Shown piece after piece: positions 1-9,313 of a DNA stretch of 64,000 bases. The DNA is from Chloroflexota bacterium (lineage in GTDB: Bacteria; Chloroflexota; Dehalococcoidia; Lucifugimonadales; UBA3495), in the NCBI GenBank assembly GCA_009840135.1, contig VXOH01000159.1, forward strand, positions 2,095 through 66,094, in the 5' to 3' direction. Within the stretch, counting starts at the first letter, position 1. Every line of letters starts with the position of its first letter. Both the position numbers and the translations under genes were made by a program. Below the pieces are notes generated by a model, which saw only the letters and a program-made list of their open reading frames with translations, was not told the DNA's origin and searched no databases.

Positions 1-1
1 C

Positions 2-742
2 CTCACCACCGAAGAGAAAATCCGGCTGTACGGCGAAATCAAGGACGCCGTGGGCGACCGGGGCGCCGTCGTGGCCGGCACGGGCAACTACAGCACCGCC
101 GAGAGCATCGAGCTAAGCATGGAGGCGGAGAAGGCCGGGGTGGATGGCCTGCTGCTGGTGGTCCCCTATTACAACAAGCCTCCCCAGGAGGGCCTGTACC
201 AGCACTTCAAGGCTATTGCCGGCCACGTCAACCTGCCCTGCATGCTCTACAACGTGACCAGCCGCACCAGCCTGAACATGACCCACGACACCACCATACG
301 GCTCAGCCATGTGGACAACATCGTCGGGGTCAAGGAAGCCGGCAGCGACATGGACCAGATTACCCGAATTATAGAGGGGTCACGGGATGGGTTCCGTGTC
401 TGGAGCGGCAACGACAACGAGACCTTCTACATCATGGCCACCGGCGGCTACGGCGTGGTCAGCGTGGCGTCCCACCTGGTGGGCAACCAGATCAAGCAGA
501 TGATGGGGTTGCTGTTGGAAGGCGAGGTGGAGCAGGCCGCCGCCGAGCATCGCCGCCTGCTGGAGATATTCAAGGTGCTGTTCATCGTCTCCAACCCCAT
601 TCCGGTGAAGCATTCCCTGAACCACGTGGGCTTCAACGTGGGCAACCCCCGTCTGCCGCTGATACCGGCGGACGAAAAGTCGGCAGCCCAGATAGAAGAA
701 GTCCTGGCGCGGTACGAGATGGATATAGTGGCGCCAGCGTAG
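2..742 (+). CDS. dapA: 4-hydroxy-tetrahydrodipicolinate synthase, 5'-truncated by window edge
   Basis: Frame stays open back to nt 2 (LTTEEKIRLYGEIKDAV...). Blocks GTGNYST, VVPYYNKP, YNVTSRT and VGVKEA (Schiff-base Lys) are typical of DapA. Confidence 0.9.
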   Translation, partial: LTTEEKIRLYGEIKDAVGDRGAVVAGTGNYSTAESIELSMEAEKAGVDGLLLVVPYYNKPPQEGLYQHFKAIAGHVNLPCMLYNVTSRTSLNMTHDTTIRLSHVDNIVGVKEAGSDMDQITRIIEGSRDGFRVWSGNDNETFYIMATGGYGVVSVASHLVGNQIKQMMGLLLEGEVEQAAAEHRRLLEIFKVLFIVSNPIPVKHSLNHVGFNVGNPRLPLIPADEKSAAQIEEVLARYEMDIVAPA

Positions 743-778
743 GGGCGGGGTCGGAGTAAACGGTTGTCATAAGTTCAG

Positions 779-812
779 GGGCGGGCTGGAAGGGCCCGCC
801 CTTCTTTTGTTT
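779..812 (+). terminator. Rho-independent terminator candidate after dapA
   Basis: Stem GGGCGGGC (779-786) / GCCCGCCC (794-801), 7-nt loop, followed by TTCTTTTGTTT. Confidence 0.6.
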
Positions 813-1067
813 AGACCTCTTAAGTTAGGGCGGGAAATCAGCCAATCTGCAAAAGCTATGGCCCCGTGATTTCAAGAATCTGCGGAAGGGCATACTAGAA
901 ACCTTGTGTTGCCAGGTATTGTGTGAAAACACAACGCAAATATAATGGGAATTCAGGCACCAGGAAGAAGTAGAGTCGGCTCGTCTTTGGACGGTCCTTC
1001 ATGTATCGAATACCAGCAAGTTCATGGTTATTAGGCTAGGCCAATGTTCATGTAAGGCGGGAACCGA

Positions 1068-1286
1068 ATGCTCAACAGGCCCAGCATCAGAAGAGATATC
1101 GTCCTGATACTCATCGGTACCGCTATAGGGACTTTATTCGGTATTTTTGTTGCCTACCCTGAGTTGCTGGCAAATTCCCGAGAGAATTCTGCTAGGATAG
1201 AAGGCAACAGGTCGCAAATCGAGTTGCTTTGGGAAGCTCATGAAGTGGAACACGTTGGCTCAGATCTGAAGGAGGGAAGCCGATGA
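1068..1286 (+). CDS. small hypothetical single-pass membrane protein
   Basis: 72-aa ORF in an AT-richer islet. One hydrophobic helix (IVLILIGTAIGTLFGIFVAY). Its stop overlaps the next start (ATGA). Confidence 0.4.
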   Translation: MLNRPSIRRDIVLILIGTAIGTLFGIFVAYPELLANSRENSARIEGNRSQIELLWEAHEVEHVGSDLKEGSR

Positions 1287-1462
1287 GCAATGCGATCTTT
1301 ACTATAGCAAGCGCTATGTTCGGAATCCCGCTCGTTTTGATGTTGGCGCTTGCTATAGTGTGGGAAATACCGTCCCTGGTCCTTTTTGTCGGGGGATGGA
1401 GTATGGCGTTCGGTGTTGTTGTGGCCGGACTCGGTGCTGTAATAGCTTGGTATGGAGGCTGA
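1283..1462 (+). CDS. small hypothetical 2-TM membrane protein (59 aa, below the ORF-track cutoff)
   Basis: ATG at 1283 preceded by GGAGGG 7 nt upstream. Translates MSNAIFTIASAMFGIPLVLMLALAIVWEIPSLVLFVGGWSMAFGVVVAGLGAVIAWYGG*, TGA at 1460-1462. Confidence 0.45.
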   Translation: MSNAIFTIASAMFGIPLVLMLALAIVWEIPSLVLFVGGWSMAFGVVVAGLGAVIAWYGG

Positions 1463-1542
1463 GACACGGCGCAGAGCGCATCAAAGCCTGTAGGTCCTAA
1501 AAATCACTCTAATTTGCCATAAGTATAGTCTAATGGCGTTGC

Positions 1543-2202
1543 TCATCTTGACTTTGCAGATTCTCCAACACCCCCAAACCCGTACTCCCCCCGGTACTCC
1601 TCCGGCAACTGGTAGGCTATGCGCTGCATTATCATTTCCAGCACCGCCTCGGCCGCCACTCGAGTCTGGCCTCCCTCCAGCACCGGCGGCGTGAAGGGCT
1701 GTCCTATATTCAGCCGGAACCGGCACAGGGGGAAGGGCATCCGCTGGTGGGGAAACTTCTCCGTGCCAGTAATGCCGATGGGCAGCACCGGCGCCTGGGA
1801 CTTCATGGCCAGGTAGGCGGCGCCGGCCATGCCCTTGATGAGCTTCTGCTCCGGGCTGCGCTGGCCCTCGGGGAAAACCATCACCGCTTCATCCCGGGCC
1901 AGCAGCTCCAGGGCCGCCCGCACCGCACTTACCCCAAAGGAACGATCCACGGGATAGACCCGGAAGGACCGGAACAGCCATCCTTTGGCGGCGGGCTCGA
2001 ATAGCTCCTGCTTCCCCAGAAAGGACACAGGCCGAGGCATAGCGGCGGCCACCGACGGGGGATCGTTGTAGGAGAGGTGGTTGGCCACCACTATCAAGGG
2101 GCCGTAGGGGGGCACGTTTTCCCGGCCGATAACTTCCATCCGCCCGAAGACGTTGAAGCAGAAACGGGCCAGGGCTCGCCCGGGGTAGTAAAGCGTCGTC
2201 AT
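1543..2202 (-). CDS. plsC: 1-acyl-sn-glycerol-3-phosphate acyltransferase
   Basis: HX4D motif (ANHLSYNDP) and FPEGQRS block. 4-nt overlap with upstream cmk. Confidence 0.85.
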   Translation of the reverse strand: MTTLYYPGRALARFCFNVFGRMEVIGRENVPPYGPLIVVANHLSYNDPPSVAAAMPRPVSFLGKQELFEPAAKGWLFRSFRVYPVDRSFGVSAVRAALELLARDEAVMVFPEGQRSPEQKLIKGMAGAAYLAMKSQAPVLPIGITGTEKFPHQRMPFPLCRFRLNIGQPFTPPVLEGGQTRVAAEAVLEMIMQRIAYQLPEEYRGEYGFGGVGESAKSR

Positions 2203-2900
2203 GCCGCACTTCCGTCGGCCTTGCGGCCCAGCCGCTCCAGAATTCTGGCCACCACCTGCTCTATAGTCAGGTCGCTGGTATCCAGAAGGAAGGCATCGGG
2301 CGCCTGGGCCAGGGGCGAGTCCTTGCGCTGGGAGTCTATCCGGTCCCTGGACAGGGCGTTGGCCAGTACCTCGTCGTAGTCGGCGGGCATTCCCTGGGCA
2401 ATCAACTCGTCGTAGCGGCGGCGTGCCCTGACTTCGGGCGAGGCAGTCATAAATACCTTGAGGCCGGCGTCAGGCAGGACCACCGTTCCGATGTCTCTTC
2501 CCACCATTACTATGCCTCCCATGTCCTGGCACGACCGTTCCGCAATGCTCCGCTGCTGCCTTACCATATCCCGCCGCACCCCCGAAACCGTGGACACCGG
2601 AGAAACGTGACGGTCAACTTCCGCCGTTCGCAGTTCGGGGCCCAATTCCCTGCCGCCCAGCAGGATGGTTCGCCCCTCCAGGTCATTGAGCTGCATGGGA
2701 GTGCCTTGCGCCAGTTGGGTCAACGCGTCGGAGTTGTCAATGGACACGGCTTCCTGGAGGGCGAGCCAGGTGACGGCCCGGTACATGATGCCGGTATCCA
2801 GGAAGGGACAGCCCAACCGCCGGGCCAGTTCCCTGCCCACCGCCGTTTTACCGGAGGCGACCTGGCCGTCAATGGCTATGGTTCCCGCTCGCTGGGTCAA
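2199..2900 (-). CDS. cmk: cytidylate kinase
   Basis: P-loop IAIDGQVASGKT, then FLDTGIMYRA. Start placed at TTG 2900 behind GGGAGAGG. The ORF stays open to 2960, so the start is uncertain. Confidence 0.85.
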   Translation of the reverse strand: MTQRAGTIAIDGQVASGKTAVGRELARRLGCPFLDTGIMYRAVTWLALQEAVSIDNSDALTQLAQGTPMQLNDLEGRTILLGGRELGPELRTAEVDRHVSPVSTVSGVRRDMVRQQRSIAERSCQDMGGIVMVGRDIGTVVLPDAGLKVFMTASPEVRARRRYDELIAQGMPADYDEVLANALSRDRIDSQRKDSPLAQAPDAFLLDTSDLTIEQVVARILERLGRKADGSAA

Positions 2901-3124
2901 GACCTCTCCCTGACAGCAATTCAGCCGGTATCGGACAGTTCCCCGGGGCACGTAGCCCAAATAAGAAGACGCCCAAATGAGAATGCTCCCTTAATTGGGA
3001 TGACAGTCTCACCAGGCGCAGGCAGTATAGCATAGGCGCTGCGGCCGCTCGGTACGGGGTGAGCCCCCAGCGGGCCTGCTGGTACACTGGGCGTGAAGCG
3101 CAAACCCCAACTTCACAATAGCGG

Positions 3125-3808
3125 TTGGTATCAATCAAAGGGGAGAATCTCACAGGCATGCTGTTTTCTTGCCGGAATGTGCTGCCCTGCGTTCTGGTTA
3201 CCATTACCCTCGCCGCAATCATCCTGGCCTGGGTCTATCCTGTTTGGCCCGGCGACGAGGAGATTCTATTAGCGATTCGGGAGTGGCGGAACCCCTTCCT
3301 TGACGGCGTGTTCCGAGCCCTGTCTTACCTGGGCTGGTATCCCGTGGCCACTACTCTTTGCCTGGTCGCCCTGCTGGCGCTTCTGGCGTTGCGACGCTGG
3401 CGGGACGGCCTGCTGCTGGCCCTGGTGGTTCTGTCGGCTGCCCCCGCCTACGGGCTGAAGGGGCTGATAGGCCGGGCCCGGCCTGATTACGCCATAATGG
3501 TTCCCACTCCCGACAGTTTTGGCTTCCCCAGCGGGCATGCCGCCTTCGCCATGCTGCTGGGCGGCTTCCTGATTTGCATGGCCTGGCAGCATGTGGGAAT
3601 TCCCTGGTTGCGGTGGGGGATTGCCGCCGGCTTGGCCCTTCTGGTATTGGGGGTGGGGACGTCCAGGATTTATTTGGGTGTTCACTGGCCCAGCGATGTT
3701 GCCGGAGGGTACCTGTACGGCGCCGCCGTATTGGCTGTGGCATTCAGGTTCAACGACGCTGTCAGGAATCGGATCGGCAGAATGCTGCGGGAAGACAACA
3801 CATTGTGA
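3125..3808 (+). CDS. PAP2-family membrane phosphatase
   Basis: All three PAP2 motifs present: KGLIGRARP, PSGH, SRIYLGVHWPSD. Multiple TM helices. Confidence 0.8.
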   Translation: MVSIKGENLTGMLFSCRNVLPCVLVTITLAAIILAWVYPVWPGDEEILLAIREWRNPFLDGVFRALSYLGWYPVATTLCLVALLALLALRRWRDGLLLALVVLSAAPAYGLKGLIGRARPDYAIMVPTPDSFGFPSGHAAFAMLLGGFLICMAWQHVGIPWLRWGIAAGLALLVLGVGTSRIYLGVHWPSDVAGGYLYGAAVLAVAFRFNDAVRNRIGRMLREDNTL

Positions 3809-3908
3809 AAATTGGTATATAATACGGTCAGACTCAGCATAACCCCCGGTTCCCCAACTCCCGGTTTCCCGACTTTGCACGTTTGGCGAGAAGGCCAATC
3901 CAGGTGAG

Positions 3909-4520
3909 GTGACGGTGGCTGGACAGGACCAAACCGGTCAATCCGTAGCGGATAAGAGTGGCCTAGGCTCCAATGGCCACCACCCCGAGGTGTCAACCGA
4001 CCGTGTCTTGAGTTCGCCGGTGCTGGTGTTGAACCTCAACTATGTTCCCATAAACGTATCCACCGTTCGTCGGGCCATAATCCTCGTCAGCAAGGGCAAG
4101 GCCGAACTTCTGGAGAACCACCGGGGCGAAGTCCGGACCGTATCCGCCATCGTTGAAGCTCCCTCTATCATCCGACTTGTTTACCTGGTAAAACGCCCCT
4201 TCGCCCCCCGCAAGCTCTCCAAGAAGGAGATATTCCTGCGGGACCAGTACACCTGCCAATACTGCGGGAAGAAGACCCAGGAACTGACCCTGGACCATGT
4301 GGTGCCCCGGCGGCAGAAGGGAGCCCATACCTGGGAGAACGTGGTGGCGGCCTGCAGCCGTTGCAATCTACGCAAGGCAGGACGCACTCCCGAAGAGGCC
4401 AACATGCGGTTGAAGACCCAGCCCCGGGTGCCGCAACCCAACCCCTACCGCATCCTTCAGAACCGCACCATCCTCGACGAGTGGCGGCCTTACCTGCCGT
4501 GGACGGATGACGATGACTGA
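3909..4520 (+). CDS. HNH endonuclease family protein
   Basis: CQYCGKK...LTLDHVVPRRQKGAHTWENVVAACSRCNLRK is a CX2C...DH...N...CX2C HNH core. Confidence 0.8.
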   Translation: MTVAGQDQTGQSVADKSGLGSNGHHPEVSTDRVLSSPVLVLNLNYVPINVSTVRRAIILVSKGKAELLENHRGEVRTVSAIVEAPSIIRLVYLVKRPFAPRKLSKKEIFLRDQYTCQYCGKKTQELTLDHVVPRRQKGAHTWENVVAACSRCNLRKAGRTPEEANMRLKTQPRVPQPNPYRILQNRTILDEWRPYLPWTDDDD

Positions 4521-4657
4521 ATGAGGTCTTTACGGCCCGGGGGAGGATTCTGTAAATAGTTGAGGGCAGGCGCCAACCTGCCCTCTCGGTATTATGATGA
4601 TTGGGGGAAACGCGGGAACCGGCATTCTGCCAACAGTAAGGCTTGCGGGGAGTAGTT

Positions 4658-5116
4658 CTATGGTTTGCCGTAGTCCCCGTCGCCGTTACTTGCGCCGTTG
4701 TCTGAACCTGGAGGAGGGGGCCACTCTTCCTGGGGCTTGTCCTTGATCTGGTCCAGCCAATGCTGCCAGATTACATCTCGCAGCGAAGCACCCTCTTCCC
4801 GGCCCTCTTCACGGCCTTTCTCGCGGCTCTTAAGCGCAGCATCTTCCACTTGCTTCTTGTTGGCCCGAAAAGTGAATATCATGTACACCACCTCCGAGGT
4901 AAGCTGGGTGGCTATGACCGCCCAGGTGAATACCCCAATGGCGTTACCGCCGATTCCCTGCCAGATATCGAGCCACCAGGGCTGTTGGGGAGCCCCCAGT
5001 TCTCGTATAAAAGGGGCGCTAATGGTTAATGACCAGAAGACGGCCCACGCCGCCACTATTAAGGGCTTGGGCAGTGCCGGTATCCAGAACCACCACGTTG
5101 TCCGCTCTTCTCCCAT
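4658..5116 (-). CDS. hypothetical membrane protein with GREEG-repeat tail
   Basis: Trp-rich TM helices, then KSREKGREEGREEG and an acidic/Pro tail. Same architecture as the 43030-43500 ORF. Confidence 0.5.
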   Translation of the reverse strand: MGEERTTWWFWIPALPKPLIVAAWAVFWSLTISAPFIRELGAPQQPWWLDIWQGIGGNAIGVFTWAVIATQLTSEVVYMIFTFRANKKQVEDAALKSREKGREEGREEGASLRDVIWQHWLDQIKDKPQEEWPPPPGSDNGASNGDGDYGKP

Positions 5117-5193
5117 CCATAGTGAATTCTAACCTGTTGAAAGTAACACGGAAATACCTCGCATCACCAAATCACTACCCATAGATAGGCCAT

Positions 5194-6369
5194 TTATGCC
5201 AGTGGAAGCCCCAACATCAGGACTTCCAGCGTGAGGCGGGGATTGGCGTTGGCATCCAGGGCTTCCAGGGTGCGGTTAAGGCGCTTGATGAAGGCTGTAA
5301 CCTGTCCGGTGGTAAGCCTGGTGGCCTGCAAGCGCAGGGGAGCAACGTGGTCGTAGTTGTGGAGGTACTCCTCGGCTCCTTCCTTGATCAGGAGCAGGTC
5401 CCGCCACCACCGCAGCCACAGGTAGAGCAATTCCTTGGCAGCGTCCCGGTCACGGTTGAAACGGGTGGCCAGTTCTGCGGCGTAGTCGAAACGCATGTCC
5501 AGGCCCCCCTCGCAGACTTCCTGCAGTCGCTGCAGGTCCGCTTCCCGTTGTTCCAGGGCCTCCGGGTCCCGCAGGGCGTTTACCGCCTGGCCAATGCAGC
5601 CCCGGGATATGCGGGCCACCCGTTCGGCTAATTCGGGATCGGCATTGTAGTCCCTGGTCAGCCTCTCCTGCAATTCGGACTTGGCCGCCGGCTTCAGGTA
5701 CAAGGCGCTGCAGCGGGAGCGTATGGTTGGCAGCAGGGCATCTTCGCTGGCGGTCAACAGCAGGAGCAGCGAATTCCCGGGTGGTTCTTCCAGAGTCTTG
5801 AGCAGGGCATTGGCCGCAGCCGTATTCATCAGCTCCGCCCCGTCCACGACCACGACTTTGCAAACCCCTTCATAGGGGGTCAGGTTAAGGAAAGATTCGA
5901 TATCCCGCACCTGTTCTATGCGTATGTCGCGGCGGTTGACGTTTTCGTCGTCTCCCGTTCCCACGCCGATAATTCGCACGTCCGAGTGCAAACCCTGCGC
6001 GACACGCTGGCACTGGGAACAGTCTCCGCAGGGTACGTCCCCGGATTGAGACGGGACTTCTTCCCCGGGGCCCGACGCATACTGACCGGAGTTTTCCAGG
6101 AGACGGTTAGACGCTGGCCCCGGCGTAGCGTCATCCAGAGCGAACAAGCCGGCGGCCGGTTCTAGGTCAAGTGAACGCTCCGGCGCCGGTTGGCGTGCAG
6201 CATTGCTCTCGCCGGCCAGGCAGTTGACTGCCTGGGCCATGTTGATGGCCAGGCTCATCTTGCCCACGTGGGGAGGCCCCACCAGCAGGTAGGCGTGGGA
6301 CAGCCGGTCCACCTTGATGGCGGCGTCCAGTTGGCGGGTCAGGTGGTCCTGTCCGTAGATTTGCCACAT
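5194..6369 (-). CDS. holB: DNA polymerase III delta' subunit
   Basis: HAYLLVGPPHVGKMS Walker-A-like block, Zn module CGDCSQCQRV, VVVVDGAELMN, LKTLEEPP. Carries a low-complexity insert between the P-loop and the Zn module. Confidence 0.85.
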   Translation of the reverse strand: MWQIYGQDHLTRQLDAAIKVDRLSHAYLLVGPPHVGKMSLAINMAQAVNCLAGESNAARQPAPERSLDLEPAAGLFALDDATPGPASNRLLENSGQYASGPGEEVPSQSGDVPCGDCSQCQRVAQGLHSDVRIIGVGTGDDENVNRRDIRIEQVRDIESFLNLTPYEGVCKVVVVDGAELMNTAAANALLKTLEEPPGNSLLLLLTASEDALLPTIRSRCSALYLKPAAKSELQERLTRDYNADPELAERVARISRGCIGQAVNALRDPEALEQREADLQRLQEVCEGGLDMRFDYAAELATRFNRDRDAAKELLYLWLRWWRDLLLIKEGAEEYLHNYDHVAPLRLQATRLTTGQVTAFIKRLNRTLEALDANANPRLTLEVLMLGLPLA

Positions 6370-6542
6370 ATTGCGGGCTCTTACCTCCGGCCCCTTGCCC
6401 GTGGTGGGGAAAGAAGTCGCTCACTCTTCAGGATTGGCCGGCTTCCTTCGTCAGGCTCAGGCGGAGCGGCTATGAACAGTAGCCCCGAAATTTATCGCTG
6501 CCCTCACCTATCCCACGAGTAGACGGCGATGGGCGAGGGTTG

Positions 6543-7859
6543 TTAAACGTCGCACAGCATCATGTCCGCATAGCTTTCGCGGCGGCGGATGATGCGGCTC
6601 TGCCCCTGGTTGACCAGCACCATGGGCGGGCGCGGGTTCAGGTTGTAGTTACTGGCCATGGACGGGCAGTAGGCGCCGGAGGCCGGAATGGCAATGATGT
6701 CCCCGGGCTCGGGAGTGGGCAGCATAATGTCCGAGGCCAGCACGTCCCCGGATTCGCAGTACTTGCCGGCGATGGTGACTTTTTCCTCGTTAGTGACGTT
6801 GGCCTTTCCGGCTGACAGCACCTCGTAGGCAGCCTGGTACAGGGCGGGGCGGATGTTGTCGCCCATGCCTCCGTCCACGCTGACGTACTTCCGTACGCCG
6901 GGGATGTCCTTGATGGCCCCGATGCGGTAAAGGGCAACACCGGCCGGCCCGACTATGGAGCGGCCCGGCTCAATGAGCAGGGTGGGTATGGCCAGGCCCA
7001 GTTCGTCGCAGGTGGCCTTCAGGGTGGAAACGATGGTCTCGGCGTACTCGCCAATGGCTGGCGGCTCCTGGTCCCGGGTATAGGCAATGGCAAAGCCTCC
7101 GCCGGGACTGAATTCCTGCAGGTCCAGGCCCTCCTCGCGGAACCCGGCGGCGAAACGCAGCACCAGGTCGGTGGCGGCGGCGTAGGGCTCCAGCTCAAAG
7201 ATGGGCGACCCCAGGTGGAAATGCAGCCCCTTCAGGTTCAGGTTGGGCGCGGCCAGGGCATGCCGTATGGCGTCGGCGGCGTGGCCCGTCTGGATGGAAA
7301 AGCCAAACTTGGAGTCTATTATTCCGGTGGTGGTGTAGGCATGGGTGTGGGGGTCAATGCCCGGGGACACGCGAATGAGTATGTCCTGCGCCCGGCCCGC
7401 ATCACCGGCGATCTGGTTCAACACCTCCAGCTCGTGGAAGCTGTCCACCACCACTCGACCGATGCCCTGCTCCACCGAGTAGGCCAGTTCGTCGGGGGTC
7501 TTGTTGTTGCCGTGGAAATAGACCTTGTCCAGGGGAAACTGGGCAGCGGCGGCCACGGCCAGCTCGCCGCCGGACACTACGTCCAGGCCCAGGCCCTCTT
7601 CGTTGAAAATCTGGGCCAGGGCCGGGTTGATGTAGGCCTTGGAGGCGTAGAGCACCTGGGCTCCGGGGCCCGGATTTGGGCACCGCTGCTCGAACTCGGC
7701 GCGGTAGCTGCGGCAGCGGTTGCGCAGGGTGGCCTCGTCCAGCACGTAAACCGGCGTGCCGTACTCCTCGGCCAGGTCCAGTGCAGAGCAGCCGCCGATA
7801 ACCAGCCGTCCCTGCCCGTCAATTTCAGCGGAATCGGGAAAAACGTTCTGGGGGAACAT
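6543..7859 (-). CDS. lysA: diaminopimelate decarboxylase
   Basis: PLP-Lys block YASKAY, plus HFHLGS, EPGRSIVG and CESGD. Confidence 0.9.
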   Translation of the reverse strand: MFPQNVFPDSAEIDGQGRLVIGGCSALDLAEEYGTPVYVLDEATLRNRCRSYRAEFEQRCPNPGPGAQVLYASKAYINPALAQIFNEEGLGLDVVSGGELAVAAAAQFPLDKVYFHGNNKTPDELAYSVEQGIGRVVVDSFHELEVLNQIAGDAGRAQDILIRVSPGIDPHTHAYTTTGIIDSKFGFSIQTGHAADAIRHALAAPNLNLKGLHFHLGSPIFELEPYAAATDLVLRFAAGFREEGLDLQEFSPGGGFAIAYTRDQEPPAIGEYAETIVSTLKATCDELGLAIPTLLIEPGRSIVGPAGVALYRIGAIKDIPGVRKYVSVDGGMGDNIRPALYQAAYEVLSAGKANVTNEEKVTIAGKYCESGDVLASDIMLPTPEPGDIIAIPASGAYCPSMASNYNLNPRPPMVLVNQGQSRIIRRRESYADMMLCDV

Positions 7860-7999
7860 GGGTATAACCTCTACATTTGAATGAGTTTGGCTGCGGGTAT
7901 GATAGGGCGGGAGGGGGTCAGGCGCAAGTTGAGGGAGCGGAGTAGAGCATGATGGGTGATATAATTCGTCAGCCGGAGCTTCAGACGGAGAGTGCCTGC

Positions 8000-8290
8000 A
8001 TGGACGTGAAGGAAGCGGTCCAAGTGGCGAAAGATCATGTGGTAGATATTTTTGGTGATGAGGAAATTGAGAACGTTGGCCTGGAGGAGATAGAGCGTGC
8101 TGGCAGTCCGGGTGGCCCGCCAGCGTGGAAAATCACCATCGGTTTCTCCAGGCCATGGGAACGAACCGGAACTGCCGGCATTGTCCTGGGGCAGACCCAC
8201 CTGAGACGTTCGTACAAGGTTCTTATTGTTAACGACGAGAGCCGCGAGGTAGAGTCGGTGAGAGATCGCATATTGGTAGAAGCTACCTGA
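8000..8290 (+). CDS. small hypothetical protein, PepSY-like pattern (tentative)
   Basis: ATG 8000 behind GGAGAG. MDVKEAVQVAKDHV...VGLEEIE...WKITIGF...YKVLIVNDESREVESV resembles the PepSY helix plus beta-sheet layout. The ORF stays open to 7949. Confidence 0.35.
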   Translation: MDVKEAVQVAKDHVVDIFGDEEIENVGLEEIERAGSPGGPPAWKITIGFSRPWERTGTAGIVLGQTHLRRSYKVLIVNDESREVESVRDRILVEAT

Positions 8291-8293
8291 CCC

Positions 8294-8758
8294 ATGCCTC
8301 CCGCCGGCTATTTCGTAGATACAAACCTTCTGCTCCTCTACATTATTGGGCAAGAGGATCCCCAGATCATTGCCAAACATCGCAGGTTGGAAGACTACTC
8401 CGAGCAAGATTACACCACTCTGATGGATCTCCTTGCCCAGGCAGGGCAGCTATTCGTCACGCCAAACACATTGACCGAAGCTTCGAATTTGCTTGGACAG
8501 CACGGAGAACCTGAAAGGTCTCGCTTGTTTCGGCGGTTTCAGCATATTATCAGGCTTAGCAACGAAATCACCGTTGCAAGCATCCAAGCCTCTTCCCATC
8601 GTGTGTTTGTTAGGTTGGGACTAGCTGATGCTGTGCTTTGGGAGGTGGCTACTGCAGAAACACCGCTTATAACCGTGGACCTGAGTCTGTACCTGGAGCT
8701 GATAGCCAAGGGAGGCGTGGAAACAGCGATCAACTTCAATCCGTTGAGAGCATTGTGA
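8294..8758 (+). CDS. PIN-domain (VapC-like) protein
   Basis: Acidic PIN residues at the expected spacing: FVDTN, LTEASN, GLADAVL, LITVDLS. Start lies 3 nt after the upstream stop. Confidence 0.6.
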   Translation: MPPAGYFVDTNLLLLYIIGQEDPQIIAKHRRLEDYSEQDYTTLMDLLAQAGQLFVTPNTLTEASNLLGQHGEPERSRLFRRFQHIIRLSNEITVASIQASSHRVFVRLGLADAVLWEVATAETPLITVDLSLYLELIAKGGVETAINFNPLRAL

Positions 8759-8887
8759 AAGCGGACTGGAAATAGGTCTGGGCTCTCGCGTCTCCACTTT
8801 TCAGCATTCGTCAAGCGCAATTGCCTATTGGTCGCAGGTCTTTATTTTGCACGGTAATGACCAAAACTTTCTTTACGAGCCCGAGCA

Positions 8888-9265
8888 CTACTCATTAGGC
8901 AGGTGGCCCGTTTCCCGGGCCCACGCCTGCAGGCCCCGGCGGAAGGCCAGGGCGCCCATGGGGGCAATGACCGCCTGCAACGCTTCCAGAATTTCCGTCG
9001 GCGTTGCTCCGGACTCTAGGGCTACCCGCACGTGGGCCTGGATCTGCTCCACGTCGGCTTTCAGCGCCGCTTCCACCACAATCTGCAACAGTTCCTTGGT
9101 CTTGCGGTCCAGGGTACGCTGGCCGGTATAGGTCGCCTCGATAAACGCGCCGTAGGTCTTGGCCCATTCCAGGTCAACCTCGGCCATGATCCGGTGCATC
9201 TCCAGGGAATAGCCCCGGTTCTGGGCCTGGGAATCGAGAAATGCCTGGGTTTCGTCGGTGGACAT
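8888..9265 (-). CDS. carboxymuconolactone decarboxylase (AhpD-like) family protein
   Basis: TLDRKTKELLQIVVEAAL...HVRVALESGATPTEILEAL is the CMD-family pattern. Start at ATG 9265 behind AAGGAG. Confidence 0.6.
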   Translation of the reverse strand: MSTDETQAFLDSQAQNRGYSLEMHRIMAEVDLEWAKTYGAFIEATYTGQRTLDRKTKELLQIVVEAALKADVEQIQAHVRVALESGATPTEILEALQAVIAPMGALAFRRGLQAWARETGHLPNE

Positions 9266-9313
9266 TGTTTGCTCCTTTTGCTGGTCTGCAATTTCCAATG
9301 AAAATTGAAACAT

